Shown piece by piece: positions 26,187 to 32,000 of a stretch of DNA of 32,000 nt. Position 1 is the first letter of the stretch. Every line of letters starts with the position of its first letter. This DNA is from Candidatus Electronema halotolerans. GTDB lineage: Bacteria > Desulfobacterota > Desulfobulbia > Desulfobulbales > Desulfobulbaceae. The notes under the pieces were generated by a model. That model was given only the letters and a program-made list of their open reading frames with translations. It did no database searches and was not told the origin of the DNA. The DNA lies in contig OW818675.1 in the NCBI GenBank assembly GCA_942493095.1, positions 1,830,001 to 1,862,000 on the forward strand, read 5' to 3'. A program made the position numbers and the translations under genes.

Positions 26187-26558
26187 ATGACTTCTGAAGA
26201 ATTCAGCCGCTATCGCAAAAAACTCAACAAAACCCAGAAATCACTGTCCAAGCTGCTGGGGGTCTCTCTGAAGGCCGTGCAGAGCTACGAGCAGGGCTGG
26301 CGGTCAGTGCCGCTGCATATAGAGCGCAAGCTGCTTTTCTTGGTCGTCAATCAACGCCGGGATGACTCCTCAAAACGAAAAGAGTGCTGGATGCTGAAGA
26401 AATGCAACTGCAAAAAGGAATGTCCGGCCTGGGAATTTCAAGCCGGGCATCTTTGCTGGTTTCTCAACGGCACGCTTTGTGAATGCACATCCGGTAAAGA
26501 AGGCAAAGAAAAGATGGAAATCTGCCGCGAATGCGACGTGCTGACCTCGCTGCTCTGA
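26187..26558 (+). CDS. XRE-type HTH protein fused to a Cys-rich two-CW-like domain
   Basis: The ORF is open from GTG 26151. I prefer ATG 26187 (MTSEEFSRYRKKLNKTQKSLSKLLGVSLKAVQSYEQG, the HTH). The C-terminus ECWMLKKCNCKKECPAWEFQAGHLCWFLNGTLCECTSG...ICRECD has two CW dipeptides and 9 Cys. Confidence 0.75.
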   Translation: MTSEEFSRYRKKLNKTQKSLSKLLGVSLKAVQSYEQGWRSVPLHIERKLLFLVVNQRRDDSSKRKECWMLKKCNCKKECPAWEFQAGHLCWFLNGTLCECTSGKEGKEKMEICRECDVLTSLL

Positions 26559-27017
26559 TCCTTTTCATCCTGCTGCATTCGTTTTCTGCCGCAACGTGAT
26601 GAGTTGCAGCACAGTGCGACTCATCATTTCCTCTGCATCACCTTCCCAGTCTCCGGCTTGAGAACAGCTATTTTCCGCCGCCGCTGACCGCCCTTGCTGT
26701 CCGCGCATTCCTGCTCCTGCCCTTTCAGATGCGCATTCTCCCTCTGGCAGCATCACCAATCTTCCTGCCGCTACGTCATCCGCATAAGCTCTGGACATGC
26801 TCTGATGGCCGCCCGCAAAACAGATATGCGTCCTGCTGTCTTTAAAATATTTTAATATCAGATACATGGAAAAAGCATGCGCTGATTATGCGAATTCACT
26901 GTTGCTCATCCTGAACCGTATCATATATTATGACTGCATGAAGACCATTATACTGCAAAGCACGAAAGGCTGCATGCTCTGCTGAGACACCGCTGTTTTT
27001 TCCCTGCAAGAGAACGC

Positions 27018-28751
27018 ATGACCAACCGAACCATCCTGCGCCGCCTGCGGGAGACACTTCGTCCCTACGGCAGCAAGCTGCTTGTCGCGATGACCGCAAT
27101 GGTTGTCGTGGCCCTGTTCAATGCGGTGCAGGCCTACATGGTCCAGCCGCTCTTGGACAAGATATTTTACGAAAAAAATGCCAGTTGGCTGACCGTCCTG
27201 CCGCTGGCCCTGCTGGTGATTTTTTTTATCAAAGGGATCTTTTATTTTTTTTATTCGTATCTGCTCGAATGGGTGGGGCAGTCGGTGATCAAAGACCTGC
27301 GCAAGGCCATTTACAGTCATCTGCACGAGCTGTCCATGAGTTTTTTCTATAAAAATTCCACGGGCGAGCTGATTTCCCGGATCATGAATGACGTGGCCAT
27401 GCTCCAAGGCACGGTCTCGCATGCCCTGATCTACATTCTCCGCGATTTTTTCACTGTCCTTGGCCTGCTGGCAGTGATCTTTTACATGGACTGGCGGCTG
27501 GCCATGCTCTCGCTGATCTTCATCCCCATGGCCGCAGTGCCGATTGTGATTTTCGGCAAAAAATTCCGCCGGATCAGCACCAGCTACCAGCAGGGCATGG
27601 GCGAGGCCAGCGATTTTCTCAACGAGACCATCCGGGGCATCCGCATCGTCAAGGCCTTCTGCACCGAGAAGCAGGAACAGACCCGCTTTGCCGCCAAAAT
27701 GGAGCAGCTCTTCGAGACCCTGATGAGCGAGACCCGCTACCGCAGCCTTTCCCACCCGATGATCGAATTCCTCGGCGGCATCGGCATGGCCCTGATCATC
27801 TGGTTTGGTGGAAACGAAGTGCTGAAAGGCCATTCCACGCCCGGCACCTTCATGGCCTTTCTCACCGCCTTGGTCATGCTCTATGAGCCGGTCAAAGGGG
27901 TGAGCAAGCTCAACTCGACCATTCAATCCGGTTTGGCAGGAGCGGTTCGGATTTTTGCCCTGCTCGACATTGAGCCGGAGATCAAGGAAAAGACCCGACC
28001 AACAACCCTGCCGCCTTTCCAAGGCGCAATAGAGTTTCGCGAGGTCAGTTTCGCCTATCAGCCCGGCGAACTGGTCCTGCACAAGATCAATTTGCATATC
28101 AGACAAGGCGAGATAATTGCCTTGGTCGGGCCGTCTGGCGGCGGCAAAAGCTCCTTGGCCAGCCTCCTGCCCCGCTTTCATGATGTCTGTGAAGGAGCAG
28201 TTCTGATCGACGGCCATGACATCCGCGACCTGAGCCTGCATTCTCTGCGCAGCCAGATTGCCATTGTCACGCAGCAAACAATTTTGTTCAATGATACGGT
28301 GCGCAGTAATATTGCTTACGGCAGTCCTGACTGCACTGAGGAAGATGTCTGCCGGGCTGCAGACGCGGCTTTCGCCTTGGATTTCATTGAAGACTTCCCG
28401 GAAGGTTTTGACACCATGATCGGCGAGTCCGGGGTGCGGCTCTCCGGCGGCCAGCAGCAGCGGATTTCCATTGCTCGCGCCATTCTCAAAAATGCGCCTA
28501 TTCTCATCTTGGACGAGGCCACTTCCGCCTTAGACACTGAATCAGAACGCAAGGTGCAGCAGGCCCTTGACAATCTGATGAAAAATCGCACCACCTTGGT
28601 CATTGCCCACCGCCTCTCGACCATCAAAAATGCGGACCGGATTGTGGTCATGCAGGAGGGACGGCTGGCAGAGGAAGGCAGCCATGCGCAGCTGCTGGTT
28701 TTGGGCGGCATCTACAAAGGGCTGCACTCCATGCAGCATGCCGAACAATGA
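27018..28751 (+). CDS. msbA: ABC exporter, fused TMD-NBD, lipid A flippase MsbA-like
   Basis: 577 aa. Six-TM domain, then Walker A GPSGGGKSS, signature LSGGQQQR and Walker B ILILDEATSALD. The LPS-gene context supports the msbA assignment. Confidence 0.8.
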   Translation: MTNRTILRRLRETLRPYGSKLLVAMTAMVVVALFNAVQAYMVQPLLDKIFYEKNASWLTVLPLALLVIFFIKGIFYFFYSYLLEWVGQSVIKDLRKAIYSHLHELSMSFFYKNSTGELISRIMNDVAMLQGTVSHALIYILRDFFTVLGLLAVIFYMDWRLAMLSLIFIPMAAVPIVIFGKKFRRISTSYQQGMGEASDFLNETIRGIRIVKAFCTEKQEQTRFAAKMEQLFETLMSETRYRSLSHPMIEFLGGIGMALIIWFGGNEVLKGHSTPGTFMAFLTALVMLYEPVKGVSKLNSTIQSGLAGAVRIFALLDIEPEIKEKTRPTTLPPFQGAIEFREVSFAYQPGELVLHKINLHIRQGEIIALVGPSGGGKSSLASLLPRFHDVCEGAVLIDGHDIRDLSLHSLRSQIAIVTQQTILFNDTVRSNIAYGSPDCTEEDVCRAADAAFALDFIEDFPEGFDTMIGESGVRLSGGQQQRISIARAILKNAPILILDEATSALDTESERKVQQALDNLMKNRTTLVIAHRLSTIKNADRIVVMQEGRLAEEGSHAQLLVLGGIYKGLHSMQHAEQ

Positions 28752-31213
28752 TTAGCTGGCGGAAAATTCAGGCGGGCGCAGGCCAAGTCAATAGCTGGCT
28801 GCCCGGTCTGCTGGCTTTTGTCCTGCCGCTTTCCACCTCAGCAGTGACTGTTGTCGCCCTGCTGATCCTGCTGCTCTGGCTGATCGAAGGCAATTTCTGG
28901 GAAAAATGCGCGGAAACCGCGTTCACTCCGGTGGCAGTGACAGTTCTGCTCTATCTTGCCCTGCTCTGTCTGGGCCTGCTCTGGACAGCCAACCCAGCAG
29001 AGGGTTTTACTGTGCTCCAAGATCATTGGAAAATTGCCCTGCTGCCAGTTTTTCTCACCACTGTCCGCTTTGAACGGCGGTCGTTCTATATCGGCTCTTT
29101 TCTCGCCGGAATGACAGCAGCCATGCTGCTCACCTATTTAGCTTGGTTCGGCCTGCTGCGCTATGCGGATGTCAGCCCCACCCATCTGACTCCCAAGACC
29201 TTTCATGTTGTCTATAATCCGCTGCTGGCCTTTGCCATCTATTTAACGCTCCATGAAGCCCTATGGGGCGGACGCGCAGGCAGGCGGCGGACAGCTCTTT
29301 TTGCCTTGGCCGGGCTGATGAGCTTCAACATGTTCATCACCGAAGGCCGCACTGGCCAGGCTGTTTTTTTTGTCCTCAGCAGCCTGCTTCTTTTGCAGAT
29401 TTTCACCAAGAACCGCTTCCGGGCCGTCTTGGCGGTCTGTCTTCTCCTGCCCGCAGGAGGGGCAGTCTGTTATTTGGCCAGCCCGGTCTTTCAACAGCGG
29501 GTTGATTTGGCTCTGCGGGAAATTTCAGATTTTCAGGAAGACCCGAACACCTCAGTCGGTCTGCGGCTGCAATTCTGCGAAAATTCATGCAGTCTTTTTC
29601 TCCGGCATCCTTGTCTGGGAGTCGGCACCGGTGATTTCCGGGCCGCCTACGCTGAAATCAATCGGCAGCAAAGCCCGCAGGTCATTGCCACCGACAACCC
29701 GCATAATCAGTATCTGTTAAGCGCGGTCATGCTCGGCCTGCCCGGCCTGCTGGCCCTGCTGCTCATTTTTGCCGCCATGTTCTTTCAGACCCGCACCGAT
29801 GAAGACCGCAGGCTGCAACGGGCGCGCCTTGCCTTTCCCCTGTTTTTCTTGGTCATCATGCTGGCTGAGTCGTACTTGAAAGTTTATCAGACCGGCTTTT
29901 TCTTTGCCCTGCTGGCGGCAGTGCTCTATAAAAAACAGCCGGAGCAGAAAGCAGAAGGCCGCTGCTGGCTGATTCTTTCCTACCGGGCCAATATTCCCGG
30001 TTCAGCCTGCTCGCAGCACATTGACGACCGCCTGCCTCATTTCCGGGCGCATGGGATTGAGCCGATTCTACTCACCGGCCCGGCAGGGCGGAAATCCACG
30101 CACTGGCAGCATCACCGCGCCCTGAGCATTGCGCCCTCTGGCATCCGCTTTGAGCTGCGCCATTTTCTCCGCCGTCATCTTCATAAACGCTGGCAGTTCA
30201 AGACCGTGGAGACTCTGCTCCTCCTGCCGGTCCTGCCGTTCTATCTGCTGGAAAAAATCATTGTTAATCTGGAAAGCGAATGGTCGTGGTGCCTGCTTGC
30301 CTCGCTGCGCGGCCTGCTCCTCTGCCGCCGCCTCCAGCCGGAAATGCTCTACTCCACAGGCGGTTCCGCTTCCGCCCATCTGGCCGCCCTGCTGATCAAA
30401 AAATGGACCGGCACCAGCTGGGTGGCCGAAACCCAAGATCCGCTTGTGCATGATGAGGACTGGAGCCGCAGCCGGTTGGTCCTGCTGCTCTATAAAAATC
30501 TGGAGCAACGGATTTGCCGACAGGCCGACTTGTTTGTCTTTCTGGTCCGGGCGGCAATGGAACATTGTCAGCAACGGACTGGAAGCTGCCAGGCAGCCAC
30601 GGTCTATCCAGGGGCGGAGCTGTCTTGGTTTGGCCAGACCCAATATGTCAAAGGCGAACGCTGCCGCTTTGCTCATTTCGGCTCCTTGGCCGGAACCAGA
30701 AATTTATCAGTCTTTTTTCAAGCCTTGGAGCAGGTGGTCAGCCGCAGGCCGGAGCTGCGCAGGCTTGTCCGGGTTGAGGTTTATGGCTCCTTTGACAGCC
30801 TGTCTGCGTGGGAAATGAAACGGCTGCGCCTGTACGATCTTGCTGCCGTGCATGGCCCGGTGCCGAGGCAGGAAGCGGTCGCCAAGATGCAGCAGGCTGA
30901 CTGCCTTCTGCTGATCCAGAACACTATTTATTTTTCCTGCGAGACCATTCCTTCCAAGGTCTATGAGTATCTGCTCACAGGCCGTCCGCTCCTCGGCCTC
31001 CTGCATCACAATCAGGAGCTGGAGGTCATGCTGACTGAAGACGGGCACCGGATTGTACCTGCGGATGACGTGCAGGCAACTGCGGCAGCCATTGAAGCTG
31101 TGCTGGATGACTGGGCTGCTGACCGGCTGCCAAGCAAAGCGGCAGTCAAGACGTGGACTGTTGCCGAGGCGGTGCAAAGGCTGCTTTGTCTGACTGAGCA
31201 CAGATGCAGTTAG
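28748..31213 (+). CDS. O-antigen-ligase-like (WaaL/Wzy_C) membrane domain fused to a GT-B (GT4, WcaI-like) glycosyltransferase domain
   Basis: 821 aa, with ATGA overlap onto msbA. The N-terminal ~400 aa are polytopic, with ITEGRTGQ and DNPHNQYL, both ligase-type motifs. The C-terminal ~410 aa are soluble, with ...LLIQNTIYFSCETIPSKVYEYLLTGRPLLGL, a GT-B EX7E-like region. Confidence 0.75.
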   Translation: MISWRKIQAGAGQVNSWLPGLLAFVLPLSTSAVTVVALLILLLWLIEGNFWEKCAETAFTPVAVTVLLYLALLCLGLLWTANPAEGFTVLQDHWKIALLPVFLTTVRFERRSFYIGSFLAGMTAAMLLTYLAWFGLLRYADVSPTHLTPKTFHVVYNPLLAFAIYLTLHEALWGGRAGRRRTALFALAGLMSFNMFITEGRTGQAVFFVLSSLLLLQIFTKNRFRAVLAVCLLLPAGGAVCYLASPVFQQRVDLALREISDFQEDPNTSVGLRLQFCENSCSLFLRHPCLGVGTGDFRAAYAEINRQQSPQVIATDNPHNQYLLSAVMLGLPGLLALLLIFAAMFFQTRTDEDRRLQRARLAFPLFFLVIMLAESYLKVYQTGFFFALLAAVLYKKQPEQKAEGRCWLILSYRANIPGSACSQHIDDRLPHFRAHGIEPILLTGPAGRKSTHWQHHRALSIAPSGIRFELRHFLRRHLHKRWQFKTVETLLLLPVLPFYLLEKIIVNLESEWSWCLLASLRGLLLCRRLQPEMLYSTGGSASAHLAALLIKKWTGTSWVAETQDPLVHDEDWSRSRLVLLLYKNLEQRICRQADLFVFLVRAAMEHCQQRTGSCQAATVYPGAELSWFGQTQYVKGERCRFAHFGSLAGTRNLSVFFQALEQVVSRRPELRRLVRVEVYGSFDSLSAWEMKRLRLYDLAAVHGPVPRQEAVAKMQQADCLLLIQNTIYFSCETIPSKVYEYLLTGRPLLGLLHHNQELEVMLTEDGHRIVPADDVQATAAAIEAVLDDWAADRLPSKAAVKTWTVAEAVQRLLCLTEHRCS

Positions 31214-32000
31214 CCCAGAGCCGCATTCTGATTGTCAAACCCAGCTCGCTTGGTGACATTGTTCACACTCTGCCTGTGGTTCATGCCATCAAGCGCAGCC
31301 TTCCTGATTGCTGCATCGGCTGGATTGTTCAGCAGACGTTCGCCCCGCTGCTGGCGGCAGATGCAAGCATCAATCAGCTTTACCCAATTCAGATACCATC
31401 GACCAGCGAGCCGCAGGCAGGCCGTTTTGCTTGGCAGGCAGCCTTGCGGGCCACGCTGCATACGCTGAAGAAACTCCGGGCGCAGTTCCGGCAGGAGCCG
31501 TATGATTTTGTCCTTGATCTGCACGCCTCTTTCCGCAGCGGCCTGCTGGGACGCTGCAATCCCGGCGGCCTGCGCATCGGTTTCCGTGATGCCAAGGAAT
31601 TGAACACCTTGTTTCAGAATCAGCTCGTGGCCGTGCCAAAGACAGTGCAGCATGCGCAGGCGAAAAATTTGCTCTTTTGTGAGCAGCTCGGCATCAGTCC
31701 GGCAGACGAAGATTTTCATCTCCGCTGCCGCGAAGAAGACCAATCGGCGGCGCAGACCTTTTTGCGCGAACAAGGCGCAGCAGATAAACAAATCATCTAT
31801 GCCAATCCGGCAGCCCGCTGGCAGACGAAATTTTGGCCTGTCGAAAATTGGGCCGCGCTGGCTGATCACTTTGCCGCCCAAGGCAAGGTGCTGATCTTTG
31901 GCGGCAGCGATAAAGAGGCAGAGTATATCGCCGCCATTGCCCGCCTGATGCGCAGCCAGCCAGTGATTGCCGCTGGCCGCCTGAATCTGGCTCAATCCGC
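31204..32000 (+). CDS. LPS heptosyltransferase (glycosyltransferase family 9), 5' part; runs off the window
   Basis: Absent from the ORF track (open at the edge). My translation from ATG 31204 is MQLAQSRILIVKPSSLGDIVHTLPVVHAIKRSLPDCCIGWIVQQTFAPLL...DFVLDLHASFRSGLL...IIYANPAARWQTKFWPVENWAALADHFAAQGKVLIFGGSDKE. This is classic GT9 (WaaC/WaaF-like). The start overlaps the upstream stop. Confidence 0.85.
   Translation, partial: MQLAQSRILIVKPSSLGDIVHTLPVVHAIKRSLPDCCIGWIVQQTFAPLLAADASINQLYPIQIPSTSEPQAGRFAWQAALRATLHTLKKLRAQFRQEPYDFVLDLHASFRSGLLGRCNPGGLRIGFRDAKELNTLFQNQLVAVPKTVQHAQAKNLLFCEQLGISPADEDFHLRCREEDQSAAQTFLREQGAADKQIIYANPAARWQTKFWPVENWAALADHFAAQGKVLIFGGSDKEAEYIAAIARLMRSQPVIAAGRLNLAQS

Noticed and set aside
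26565-27099. 100-aa and 67-aa minus-strand ORFs upstream of msbA
   Set aside because: No SD, Gly/Ala/Arg-rich composition that looks random, and no recognisable family. I treat the region as a non-coding msbA upstream region. It contains a 14-bp AT palindrome, TTAAAATATTTTAA, at 26842-26855, whose function is unknown.
26928-28711. 449-aa and 131-aa ORFs antisense to msbA
   Set aside because: Shadow ORFs opposite a frame that carries Walker A, the ABC signature and Walker B.
31210-31995. 261-aa minus-strand ORF at the window end
   Set aside because: It is antisense to the edge-truncated GT9 heptosyltransferase frame (+, from 31204), which has clear family motifs. The minus-strand product has none.
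1-32000. Search for tRNA, rRNA, CRISPR arrays and integrases
   Set aside because: I found no regularly spaced direct repeats, no cloverleaf-like segments in the intergenic regions, and no integrase- or recombinase-like ORFs by eye. A tRNAscan, Infernal or CRISPR-finder run would be needed to exclude them formally.

Overview
Moderately GC-rich segment of a Gram-negative chromosome, since LPS genes are present. The gene content recalls Desulfobulbales-type Deltaproteobacteria, but taxonomy cannot be established from this window. Housekeeping content: pgi-orf-rpe (minus strand), prfC, hisD, a pstS-orf-pstC-pstA phosphate-uptake operon with no pstB or phoU, hsp20, a tri-domain acyltransferase-ACP-adenylase (Aas-like), fused pabB-pabC, an MFS transporter, rarA split by an IS1-family element, an HTH/Cys-rich (two-CW-like) regulator, and an LPS block (msbA-like exporter, WaaL-like ligase fused to a GT-B glycosyltransferase, GT9 heptosyltransferase). 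The accessory part lies at about 12.5-20.3 kb. It holds a decayed REP-associated Y1 transposase (RAYT-like) pseudogene pierced by a 42-bp perfect palindrome, and a 50-bp perfect palindrome with dispersed half-copies. It also holds a 2137-aa, Sec-signal-bearing, teneurin-like YD/Rhs polymorphic toxin: 3 Ig-like repeats, a TTR-like module, an FN-plug-like region, 6 NHL blades, a YD shell, and an Rhs core ending DPVGLVDPEG. Its 110-aa C-terminal cargo is a glycine-zipper, microcin-V-like hydrophobic peptide that starts at a sharp codon-usage break. An AT-rich 52-aa two-TM ORF follows it; this ORF is absent from the ORF track and I propose it as the cognate immunity gene. Three genes I support are missing from the ORF track: the edge-truncated pgi, the edge-truncated GT9 gene, and the 52-aa ORF. 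I saw no rRNA, tRNA or CRISPR array.
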